Origin: a virus
Taxonomy: Duplodnaviria > Heunggongvirae > Uroviricota > Caudoviricetes
Virus record (IMG/VR): IMGVR_UViG_3300028887_000066
Coordinates: 96,001-160,000 of that record
DNA: 64,000 nucleotides
Reading direction: 5' to 3' (one strand)
The notes under the pieces were generated by a model that worked only from the letters and a program-made list of their open reading frames with translations, made no database searches and was not told the DNA's origin. Shown one piece after another: positions 10,515 through 19,420 of the stretch. The translations under genes were made by a program, and so were the position numbers. Positions within the stretch are counted from its first letter, which is position 1. Each line of letters opens with the position of its first letter.

Positions 10515-11639
10515 TTATACAACAATCATCTTCATCGGTTTCTGTCCTATTATCTTTGCCATATTGTCCGTCAATTCCGCTTGCTGTTTCATCACATTAT
10601 AAGGACTCATTCTTTCAAGACGTTCCATTAACTCTTTCATTGCTTCTTCATATTCTTCCTTTGCACGAGAAAGAAGCATATTGTAGTCCATTGTAACCGT
10701 GGCATCAGGTATTGCGACTGTGCCGCTGAACTTACCTCTTACATAAGCCAAAGTCTCCTTTGCCTTTGCGAAGAACAATTTTCGTATGATGGTTTTCGTA
10801 GGCCCGTTCATCAGCGAATAATCCAAGTCTTCCAAAGGAATCTGATCTGGTGAAAGAACCAAATCCCTGTTCATTCTCCTGCAATCGTCCAAATCGCCTT
10901 GTGTAACATCATAATACGTGTACCATACCTCACTACCGACAAGGCTCAATGTTCCTGTCATATTGTTTATACTGAAAAATGACAGTTTTGATCCAGGTGT
11001 TGAAAAAAGATGAATTATATGTGTACCATCGGGGCCAGCAGTCACCTTAAATGTCATATCACCCCTAAGTAACCTGTTCTTATATGCAAGGTCTGTAGCC
11101 ATATATGCGACATCCATTGACTGAGCTATATAGAACCCTCCCATTGGGCCATAGCTTCCTCCTCCTGCCATTCCAAAACCACCCGCAAAACCAAGCGTGT
11201 CCAAGCCGCCATAGTTGGCATACAATGCCGCCTGAGACGTTGGCGGATTAAGCCAAAGAACATTGTTTATCTCTCTTCCAGCAGGAATAAGATAATTCTG
11301 CTTACCCTCCTCGATTTTGAAGAAATCCTTCTTTAATTCCCAAGGGCCGCGCATCTGTACTCCTGCGTCTCTTGAGAACCAATAGCTGTAGTCCTTGGAC
11401 ATATCCAATGTCCTAACGCTCAATGCGAATGCCAAGTCTAAATTTGAAAGGTTCTTACCATATAAATTAGCCCAATTCTGCTCAATTATCCAATTCTGTA
11501 CCTTTTCTGTATAGTCATCTTTTGCAATGGCAAAACAAGCACACAACTGTTCTTGCGTAAGCTCTACATTTGTCACTGGTTCACCCAAATGATACCTACA
11601 TTTCTGAAAAAGATTGGCTAATTCCTCCGTTATTTTCAT
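10515..11639 (-). CDS. Neck/head-completion protein (T4 gp13-like)
   Basis: LGEPVTNVELTQEQL N-terminus and AKAKETLAYVRGKFSG..IPDATVTMDY C-terminus. Confidence 0.8.
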   Translation of the reverse strand: MKITEELANLFQKCRYHLGEPVTNVELTQEQLCACFAIAKDDYTEKVQNWIIEQNWANLYGKNLSNLDLAFALSVRTLDMSKDYSYWFSRDAGVQMRGPWELKKDFFKIEEGKQNYLIPAGREINNVLWLNPPTSQAALYANYGGLDTLGFAGGFGMAGGGSYGPMGGFYIAQSMDVAYMATDLAYKNRLLRGDMTFKVTAGPDGTHIIHLFSTPGSKLSFFSINNMTGTLSLVGSEVWYTYYDVTQGDLDDCRRMNRDLVLSPDQIPLEDLDYSLMNGPTKTIIRKLFFAKAKETLAYVRGKFSGTVAIPDATVTMDYNMLLSRAKEEYEEAMKELMERLERMSPYNVMKQQAELTDNMAKIIGQKPMKMIVV

Positions 11640-11771
11640 TTTCTATCTGAATTCAATATTGACCAATATTATTTTTCTTTCCGATACTGTTTTCAATTTT
11701 CATCAAAAAAGCCTTTTCTATAAATACTTTCTGCCTGTTAAAACTATTTATAAGAAAATCCAATTTTTAAC

Positions 11772-12587
11772 ATGATCAAGAACAATAAGGTTAAAAGCAT
11801 AAATGAAGACCAACTTAGAGAAATGGTTAAAAAAGCAATTACCGAACAAATACTGACAGAAGCGCAAACCCTCATTGACAACTTCAATGAATGGGCAAAA
11901 CTTCTTGACTGCACAGACCCTGATCAGTTCTATTTTGTACAGATAATTAAAAGGTACAAGGACAATAAGGGTATGAGTAAGGCAGGTAATTATCATGCAG
12001 GCGGCGAATATGGCGAATATTCAAACGGCACTGCATTCAAGGTAAGAAATGCACAAGAGTTGTTGGCATTAAAGCCTAAAATCGTACAATATTGCGACGC
12101 GAATAATGCCCGTGCATACATCACATCCAATCCACGTTCTGATAAAGCGATAAACGCATTCATACCCACATATCAAAGACGTTCAGGAAACAATGTAAAC
12201 GATCCGCGTTACATTCACGCAGCAGAGATTCTTGCAGGACAGCCAAAACATGACCCTGTTAATTTTCCTGAAAGAAAAAGATTCATGCTTGATGTCGATA
12301 CAACTGATAAGCGTGTGTGGAAAGTCACTAAGGCTATCATTGCAAGCTACGGAATACCCATTGTAAAAGAATTCGGCACACCAAGCGGAGGCTTGCATAT
12401 AATGCTTCCAGATGCCTATGCAAAGGAAATTCCTGAGTTAATCAAAGACTTATATGTATTTGATGCCAAACAAGACAGAAATGGAAACAGAATATTCTTC
12501 CCTGATGAAGGATTCAGACAGACAGTACACGCGAATTTTGATGGAAAATTCATTCTCTATTCAAATGTACAAACGGCAGGGTATTAG
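11772..12587 (+). CDS. AEP/PrimPol-like fold protein with N-terminal putative head-targeting peptide
   Basis: RFMLDVDT (DxD) and TPSGGLHI motifs; N-terminus SINEDQLREMVKKAITEQILTE. Confidence 0.5.
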   Translation: MIKNNKVKSINEDQLREMVKKAITEQILTEAQTLIDNFNEWAKLLDCTDPDQFYFVQIIKRYKDNKGMSKAGNYHAGGEYGEYSNGTAFKVRNAQELLALKPKIVQYCDANNARAYITSNPRSDKAINAFIPTYQRRSGNNVNDPRYIHAAEILAGQPKHDPVNFPERKRFMLDVDTTDKRVWKVTKAIIASYGIPIVKEFGTPSGGLHIMLPDAYAKEIPELIKDLYVFDAKQDRNGNRIFFPDEGFRQTVHANFDGKFILYSNVQTAGY

Positions 12588-12692
12588 CATATTTGAAGAT
12601 TTATGTATATTGTTTCATTTAATGAGAAAAAAGAGATATTATTAAATAAATTTAAAGCGAGACTCAGTTAAGAATCTCGCTTTTTATTTTAA

Positions 12693-13589
12693 TTATCTCT
12701 TAGGATTTACTTTAATGTAAAAACACGGAGGCTCGGACGTATCAACCTGAAGGACACCGACATTATAGTTATCCCTAAGGAAAAAGAACATTTCCTTCCA
12801 CCCCATTGGTATTTGTTTTTTGCCATTTGCATTGACTGAGAAGCTATATCCACCCGCTTTCTTAATTGGCTTACCCACAATTGGCGTATATACGGCCACA
12901 CCGTCAAATGCATACAAGCCAAGCTCCCTGCATTTTTCTTTTATTGCCATATATTGACCATAGTCAGGTTCTTTCTCGAAGAATGGCTGTAATTTCTTAT
13001 CCAAGAGAACGATATTTGATTCACCACTTATCTCAATCGGGAAATCCCCATCACTCCAATTGTTATAGTAATTGAATGCATCACAGGTAAAATCGGGTTG
13101 CGCAAAATATTTCGCATATTTGTCATTTTTTGCAGCGATGTTTCTCCTCATTGCCTTTTCACCGTCACTGAGGTTATCCAACTTACGCCTTTCCCTTTCA
13201 TCTGCTTGCTGTTGTAATATAGGTTTGTTTTCATCTGCAAGAACTCTTGCGTATTTATTCTCGCCTCTATATTGTATATTCTTCAACCATTGTTGTACCA
13301 ATTGGAATGCATCATTGTCACTAAAAGTCTCAGGTGAAAGAAAATCCTTGATACTGAGCTGTTTAGCATCTATCGCATCCGCGACATCAGGAAGTTCATT
13401 AATAGCACCATCATCGGCAAACAATGTCATTCCGTGAGCATTCAGCCTTTTCTCTGCGGGTATCACATACTCACGTATTTTATCCCCAAATGTTCTAGTT
13501 TTCGCGGTTTTATGAAACCCCTCATTCATAAGCATCTTTTTCAACAGGGAATCAAACTGTCCCTCATTAAGATATATATTCTTTCCCAT
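12693..13589 (-). CDS. Putative internal head protein
   Basis: N-terminal MGKNIYLNEGQFDSLLKKMLMNE motif. Confidence 0.55.
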   Translation of the reverse strand: MGKNIYLNEGQFDSLLKKMLMNEGFHKTAKTRTFGDKIREYVIPAEKRLNAHGMTLFADDGAINELPDVADAIDAKQLSIKDFLSPETFSDNDAFQLVQQWLKNIQYRGENKYARVLADENKPILQQQADERERRKLDNLSDGEKAMRRNIAAKNDKYAKYFAQPDFTCDAFNYYNNWSDGDFPIEISGESNIVLLDKKLQPFFEKEPDYGQYMAIKEKCRELGLYAFDGVAVYTPIVGKPIKKAGGYSFSVNANGKKQIPMGWKEMFFFLRDNYNVGVLQVDTSEPPCFYIKVNPKR

Positions 13590-13593
13590 ATTC

Positions 13594-15960
13594 TTATTTG
13601 TTTCTGTTTGTTGCGGGATTCAACAGACAATTATTGTTTATCTGTTTATCCTTGCTTATTATTCCCTGTTCCTGCATCATACCTATAGCACTTATCAGCA
13701 TATCATACGGAATATCCTCCCAAGCACCCTCATCCTTGAATTTCAAATCACAATTGAGGTTATCATCAACTTTAATAGCAAACTGATAATCACCATATGC
13801 GAACTGTGCTGTATTCGAGAATGGGTCAAAATTAGTCGCGGTGTCAGCATCAACGGGTAACAATGATCTGTGGAACCATATGTCTTTCCAATTGTATCCG
13901 CTTTTTCCTTTCACCATTGAGAAATTACCCGATGGGTGCGCTCTGAATGAAACATCCTCATAATCATTTCTGTAAAGGTAATACGGGTCAACATTTGTGT
14001 TTATCCTGTCAAAATTATCCTTTGTTCTGCTTGCGCGTCCACTTTCCACTTCCCAAGTCTTTCCTCCATCAACAGAATAATCGATAGGCATTACAGAATT
14101 AAAATCCCTTACAACAACAACTCTGCCATCATCAGCTCCAGTGAATACAATACCTCTTATCTTTGTTTTACTAAGGAGCTTTTCGTCCCTTACGGCTGGT
14201 GCAACAGGATCGCCTAAACGATGACCAAGCAATGTCATCATAAACGCTTTTGCATATTTAGCCGTATTCTGTATATTACCAATATTCCTGTGATAATCAG
14301 AAAGATTCCTTATATTCTTGAAACCCTCGATTCCGTTATTTCTCAAATCGCCTGAAATGGCATAGAATATTCTGTCATTATTGGCTAAATGATTGTTTAT
14401 CTGATTAAATAAATCTTTCGGAACAAGTTTTACTATCTCATCGTATACACTTTTTCCTGGGTCAACTTTCGCACGCAAGTCATTATCAAAGATAATGAAA
14501 TCCTTGAAACCATCTTTTAACATGAATTTCACGACACCATTACCATATTTTCTACAATAAAGACTCACCGTATCTCTTACGCAATATACGCCCAAACCAT
14601 AATATAATGAATTATCGCCTGATGTGCCTGAAAATTCCCTATTAGAGCCATTTTCAAACTCTATCTTAGCGGTTCTTGGGTCTGTTGCTCTATATATGAC
14701 CACGTTCTTTGGGTCATTTATACTTTTTTGAAATGTATCGAAATCCTTATGGGTAAATACTTCATCAACAGACTCGTTCAATGAACCCATCTCAGCCTTG
14801 AATCCTTCCATTGCCCCGATAAAGTCAGAATAGCTAATATCAAACCAACCTGTCTTTTCATCATTCAATACCTGACGGTACTTAATGGCAAGATTCTTGC
14901 CATAATCATCCGTCTTTATCATAAATTCGATAACACCTTCTTCAGAATGTGTATCCACTCCGCAAGTAGTAGTATTTGTAAACGGATCAAATGCCGAAGC
15001 AAAATCAAAATCCAATGGAGAAAGAAGCTTGTGCGTCCTAGCGCTTAGGAAATTATATTTTTTGCCTTTTTTCACAAGAGAGAATCCGCATGATGTTTTT
15101 TCGGTAAATCCTGTATCAGGATAGTCCTTTCTTTTTCTTCTAAAGGCATCAACGACATAGTTTGAATTATTGAATGCCTCTTCATTTCCCATGCAGTATG
15201 TAAAGTCTTTCTCGTCTGGCCATCCGCCACTCCATCCGTTACCATTTCTATAGGCATAGCTGTAAGGTACAATCAAATCAGTTGACCTGAAAATAGCCAC
15301 AGGGCCGTATGAACTCGCATAATAGGCGAAACCGTCCACATTCGACTCGTCTAATTTTTTCTCGTTATAGTATTTGCTTGAACCTGGCCTAAACTGCATA
15401 TTTCTCTCTCCGCGAAACATTGACCAAAACTCCTCCTCAATGCTCCAGCTATTTGAGTTCATATCACAACGCATCACCATATCATCCAACCTTGCCAAAC
15501 CTGTGCCGTAACGACGTTCAAGCATTGCAAAATCTTCGCTTGTAAACAAGCGTCTGCAAGTTGCTGATATTTTCTCATGCTTCGTAAGGACACCTATCTT
15601 GTAAAGTAATTTCCTTACGCCTATATCAAATATAAGGAAATTATCAAATGCACCGCTTTTGACCAAATATTTAACCATAGCATTGCCTTCGTGATACCTC
15701 GTGCAAGCATCAAATGACAATGTTGTATATATGCCACTTCCATAATACATATGATCCGTATTCATGAATTCCTTAGCACCTTCTGCGCCGTTGGCACATA
15801 TATTTGGTATACTCTCCTTATCTACCTGACTGTACGCAAAACAAGAATGGGAGCCTGGGCTTCCCACCCCCTTCTTATAATCGTCAAACGTCTCGTAGTC
15901 ACTTGCAATCTCAGAAATAGCTTCGTTTATCTTCCCCTTCAAATATTCAAACCTATTCAT
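13594..15960 (-). CDS. Tandem ADP-ribosyltransferase-like protein, putatively head-packaged
   Basis: Two homologous halves (YYGSGIYT / YYGLGVYC; NVDGFAY / KIRGIVF), each followed by a WG-repeat-like unit; joined at SLNESVDE. Confidence 0.6.
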   Translation of the reverse strand: MNRFEYLKGKINEAISEIASDYETFDDYKKGVGSPGSHSCFAYSQVDKESIPNICANGAEGAKEFMNTDHMYYGSGIYTTLSFDACTRYHEGNAMVKYLVKSGAFDNFLIFDIGVRKLLYKIGVLTKHEKISATCRRLFTSEDFAMLERRYGTGLARLDDMVMRCDMNSNSWSIEEEFWSMFRGERNMQFRPGSSKYYNEKKLDESNVDGFAYYASSYGPVAIFRSTDLIVPYSYAYRNGNGWSGGWPDEKDFTYCMGNEEAFNNSNYVVDAFRRKRKDYPDTGFTEKTSCGFSLVKKGKKYNFLSARTHKLLSPLDFDFASAFDPFTNTTTCGVDTHSEEGVIEFMIKTDDYGKNLAIKYRQVLNDEKTGWFDISYSDFIGAMEGFKAEMGSLNESVDEVFTHKDFDTFQKSINDPKNVVIYRATDPRTAKIEFENGSNREFSGTSGDNSLYYGLGVYCVRDTVSLYCRKYGNGVVKFMLKDGFKDFIIFDNDLRAKVDPGKSVYDEIVKLVPKDLFNQINNHLANNDRIFYAISGDLRNNGIEGFKNIRNLSDYHRNIGNIQNTAKYAKAFMMTLLGHRLGDPVAPAVRDEKLLSKTKIRGIVFTGADDGRVVVVRDFNSVMPIDYSVDGGKTWEVESGRASRTKDNFDRINTNVDPYYLYRNDYEDVSFRAHPSGNFSMVKGKSGYNWKDIWFHRSLLPVDADTATNFDPFSNTAQFAYGDYQFAIKVDDNLNCDLKFKDEGAWEDIPYDMLISAIGMMQEQGIISKDKQINNNCLLNPATNRNK

Positions 15961-15987
15961 TCCAATTAATGCGTGAATTTAAAAAAG

Positions 15988-17874
15988 TTATTTCATCAAT
16001 TCATCAAGCAACGACTCAATGCTCTCAGTAAGTTGTACAGAACCGCTATCAGTATCGGATACTGCCTGTGTTTGAGGTGTAGCACTTACATCTTCAAATT
16101 TAGCATATTTATCCATCAGATACTTAATCATGAAATTGATGATCATTGTGACAGACTGCAACGTAACCTGACAAGCATTGTCCCAATCACTGAGCAATTG
16201 TTTCGTGTCGCTTGTACGTCTTCCGAAGAGCGTAAGCACTTCTTTTGCGCCAGTAGTTTTACATCCTACGGCAAATGCTGAAATTATTTTCAAAGGCTCG
16301 ATAAGGCTTTGATTTGAATACCTCATCTTCTTCAATATATAATCACAGACATTTACAATATTGCTTGCATAGTCTACCAATACATTGCTTGAATTTCTCA
16401 CATCTATGAGATTTATAGAGTCAGAGAAATTGTTTTTCTCTGCATATTTTAAGAGTGCATCGTTATATACTTTCGCCTTACCTTCATCGGATTGTATTTC
16501 CTGAAGCAATGCTGTCTGTTCTGCTGTCAATGAAGCCTGCTGCGCCTGTAATGCGGCATTTTTAGCTGCTTCGGCGTGAGGATTCAACTCTCCTGTAAGA
16601 TTGTTTGCAAGCCCAGGAATATCCTTGTGATAATCCACATTTGGATCCATCTTATCTGGGTTCAAACCATATTTATCATACTCTGATGCAGGAATTCTTT
16701 CAGTATCACTTATATCATAAAGCCAAGCAGGTTGGAAGCCTTTCAAATCCTGTCCGAATTCATCATAGTGTCCTTTTGAGCCTAAATTCACTTTAGTTCC
16801 ACGATCATTCATTCTTGGAGCCATTGTGTACCACTTGTATTTGGCATTAGGCAGCACCCTTCTTCCGAACTTAGTCACCCATTTATTAGGCGCATACAAA
16901 TTCGTCGGATAATCGGGATCACCTGGGTTAATTCCGTAATCACTTGCCTGTCTTTGAATCATTCTCTGATTCCTTCCTGAAAGTACATTACCGAATATCA
17001 CGGCTTGAAGATTAATTGGGCTAAATACACTGGCTATTGCATCCCAATTTCCGTTTTTGATAGCTTCAGCGACTTCTTTCTTAATTTCTTCCGTAGATTC
17101 TTCGCTATAGTTACTATCGGTTTTTTCAGGAGCAACTAAATATTTGTCAATAAGGTAATTCACATCCATCAAGTTGGCGATATGTCCTTGCTCGTAATTC
17201 TGATTTCCTGATATGCTCTTTATTGCTGGGATAACCACTTTATTGAACCAATTTACAATATCGTCAGGAGCATTACCATTTGGATTTGCCTGTTGTGGTG
17301 CGGCCACTTGTGGAGCGGCTTGAGTTTGAGGGGCTGTTGCCTGTGGAGTAGGTTGTGCTGCATTAGCTCCTGCCTGAAGACGGCCAAGCAAACCTTCTGT
17401 AAGATTACCGCCCTTGTTTCCACCCGCTTGAAGCCTACCTAACAGACCTAACCCCTTCTTAGGCTGTGCCTGAGGTGCTGATACTTGCGGATCGGAAGCT
17501 TGTGGGTCTGCCTGACCATTGTCAGCAGCGTTTTTCTTTCCTCTGGCATTTTTCTTGAATGGCAATGATTTATTGAAAATAACACCATTCATACCCTTAT
17601 AGTTTAACTGTGAACAGTCAAACATCCCTTCTAACTTTTTAACATCATTAGGGAAAAGCGGGCCGATAAATACTTTCAGCATACGTGTTTTGTTGCTGTT
17701 ATCTTCGTCAATTGTCATGAGTACGTTAGGCTCAAGTTTTCCGCTATTACTTGCAATAGCCTCCTCAAGACAATTTTCCGTAATATACTCTGCTTGAGAA
17801 CTTGTCATATGTCTTCCCATTCTTTCCATCAGTGAACGCATACTTGCAAGTTCCTCATTAAATTCCTTTATCAT
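15988..17874 (-). CDS. Putative internal head protein with ArdC-N-like ssDNA-binding domain
   Basis: LSGRNQRMIQRQ..PTNLYAPNKWVTKFGRRV..MAP..FQPAWLYDISDT matches the ArdC-N pattern; ITE/LTE sites; Q/A/P linker. Confidence 0.55.
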   Translation of the reverse strand: MIKEFNEELASMRSLMERMGRHMTSSQAEYITENCLEEAIASNSGKLEPNVLMTIDEDNSNKTRMLKVFIGPLFPNDVKKLEGMFDCSQLNYKGMNGVIFNKSLPFKKNARGKKNAADNGQADPQASDPQVSAPQAQPKKGLGLLGRLQAGGNKGGNLTEGLLGRLQAGANAAQPTPQATAPQTQAAPQVAAPQQANPNGNAPDDIVNWFNKVVIPAIKSISGNQNYEQGHIANLMDVNYLIDKYLVAPEKTDSNYSEESTEEIKKEVAEAIKNGNWDAIASVFSPINLQAVIFGNVLSGRNQRMIQRQASDYGINPGDPDYPTNLYAPNKWVTKFGRRVLPNAKYKWYTMAPRMNDRGTKVNLGSKGHYDEFGQDLKGFQPAWLYDISDTERIPASEYDKYGLNPDKMDPNVDYHKDIPGLANNLTGELNPHAEAAKNAALQAQQASLTAEQTALLQEIQSDEGKAKVYNDALLKYAEKNNFSDSINLIDVRNSSNVLVDYASNIVNVCDYILKKMRYSNQSLIEPLKIISAFAVGCKTTGAKEVLTLFGRRTSDTKQLLSDWDNACQVTLQSVTMIINFMIKYLMDKYAKFEDVSATPQTQAVSDTDSGSVQLTESIESLLDELMK

Positions 17875-18011
17875 AGTATTTAAAATGCATTTTATTTATT
17901 ATAAATATCATGAAGAATCCTTTTATTTCAATAAATAACCCCCAATATCCCATTAAAAATGGGTGAATGATTTTCTCATTCACCCAACACTTCATTTTGT
18001 CCGTATGTTTT

Positions 18012-19130
18012 TTAGTTTATGTCGTCTATTACAGTATTAAGCAAATCCATATTGCTTTTAACTGTTACTAATTCTGTTTTTAATTTATATGTACCAATAG
18101 GATTGTATCTGTTTACAAATTCTCCGTTTTCCTTAAATGTTATTCCATTAATTACAAGATAATTCTTGTATACAGTAACGACAAATCCCTGGGACACATC
18201 AGTATTCTTGCTCAATTCTTGTGTAGTATCAGATTCAATTACATCATTGCAATATGAACATCCAGGAACATGAATATTGTATGCAACATTAGATGCCCCG
18301 TCCTTGTCATATTCTACATTTTCTGTTTTTGAATGAACCTGCGCTTCAAGAGAATAATTAGTCTGTCCTGTAAACCACACGGTATTTTTATAATATTCGA
18401 TAAGCCTTCTAAGTTTCTGATACGTGTCGAAATCCGTACCATAATACACCAACCCGTTTAAGCCGTACAATTCATAATATTTTGGATAGATATTTCCCGC
18501 CTTATTGAATATCGGAGAATGAAGGAAAACAAAACACTTCTTGTTCCTGTTTTCATCAAGCACACCGTGTAACCACCTCAAGTTATCCTCCAGATAAACG
18601 CCTCCGTTCACACTGTCACTCGACAAGAATGCAAACACGGAATTATCATGAATAAAATAGAAATTACATGTATTTTTCTTATCCTGATATATTATTTTCT
18701 TATATTTTGTATTCTTCGTAGGCATCGTCTTATTCCACCATACCTCGTTTGATTGCATGAAATCCTTATTTCCCTTTGCACAGAACACAGGGACTTTATA
18801 GTATTGTTCATAGCTTTTATTCGAAGCAACAGCCATATTTCCACATACACAGGCAAATTTCACTTTCTCCTTATCGCTGAAAAAATTGATGGCATTCTGA
18901 AAATTGTCAAGGTTTCTTGTGTTTTCCATATCTGTCGCACCATTTACATTAAGCAATGTATCCGACAACACTCCGAATTTATATGAAACTCCTGACATAT
19001 CATTTTCCAAAGTCCTAAGGTCAATCACCCCGACTTTTACCTTAAAGTCACCTTCAATCTTATATACACCTATATGATGGGCTTTCTTCGATACTGCTAT
19101 ATTCTCAGGTATTAAATCTGTCCAAAACAT
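18012..19130 (-). CDS. Calcineurin-like metallophosphoesterase fold, degenerate metal ligands
   Basis: FGVLSDT, CGNM, KGNKD, FLHSP and FTGQTN correspond to DxH, GD, GNHD, H and GHxH motifs. Confidence 0.6.
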   Translation of the reverse strand: MFWTDLIPENIAVSKKAHHIGVYKIEGDFKVKVGVIDLRTLENDMSGVSYKFGVLSDTLLNVNGATDMENTRNLDNFQNAINFFSDKEKVKFACVCGNMAVASNKSYEQYYKVPVFCAKGNKDFMQSNEVWWNKTMPTKNTKYKKIIYQDKKNTCNFYFIHDNSVFAFLSSDSVNGGVYLEDNLRWLHGVLDENRNKKCFVFLHSPIFNKAGNIYPKYYELYGLNGLVYYGTDFDTYQKLRRLIEYYKNTVWFTGQTNYSLEAQVHSKTENVEYDKDGASNVAYNIHVPGCSYCNDVIESDTTQELSKNTDVSQGFVVTVYKNYLVINGITFKENGEFVNRYNPIGTYKLKTELVTVKSNMDLLNTVIDDIN

Positions 19131-19182
19131 AATATATTACATTATTTTATTATAAATACTTTATCCATTCCATTTTTCAGGA

Positions 19183-19330
19183 TTCAGGCTTCCAAATATA
19201 TTTTGCCAATCCACAATTCCATATCTTATAATATCCGAGTTGGGCCGTCATTTCAGATTCTCATCGTCAATGGTAAACCATATTTTTTATGCAATATATG
19301 TTTTTCTGAAACCAAACTTATGATAAAGTT
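19183..19330 (-). pseudogene. Frameshifted C-terminal remnant of a Hef-like homing endonuclease
   Basis: Across three frames reads HKFGFRK / HILHKKYGLPLTM / ESEMTAQLGYYKIWNCGLAKYIWK; no intact ORF. Confidence 0.65.
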
Positions 19331-19420
19331 AATGTTAATTATTATTAAATATACATAAAAAATAGCCGTAGGATTTTTGTCCTACAGCTATTCATATGTA
19401 AGTATTCGTAAATCAATCGA

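Noticed and set aside
10515-11639. Head-targeting tag at the neck protein N-terminus (MKITEEL)
   Set aside because: Only ITE matches; it lacks the following Q/K-hydrophobic helix pattern.
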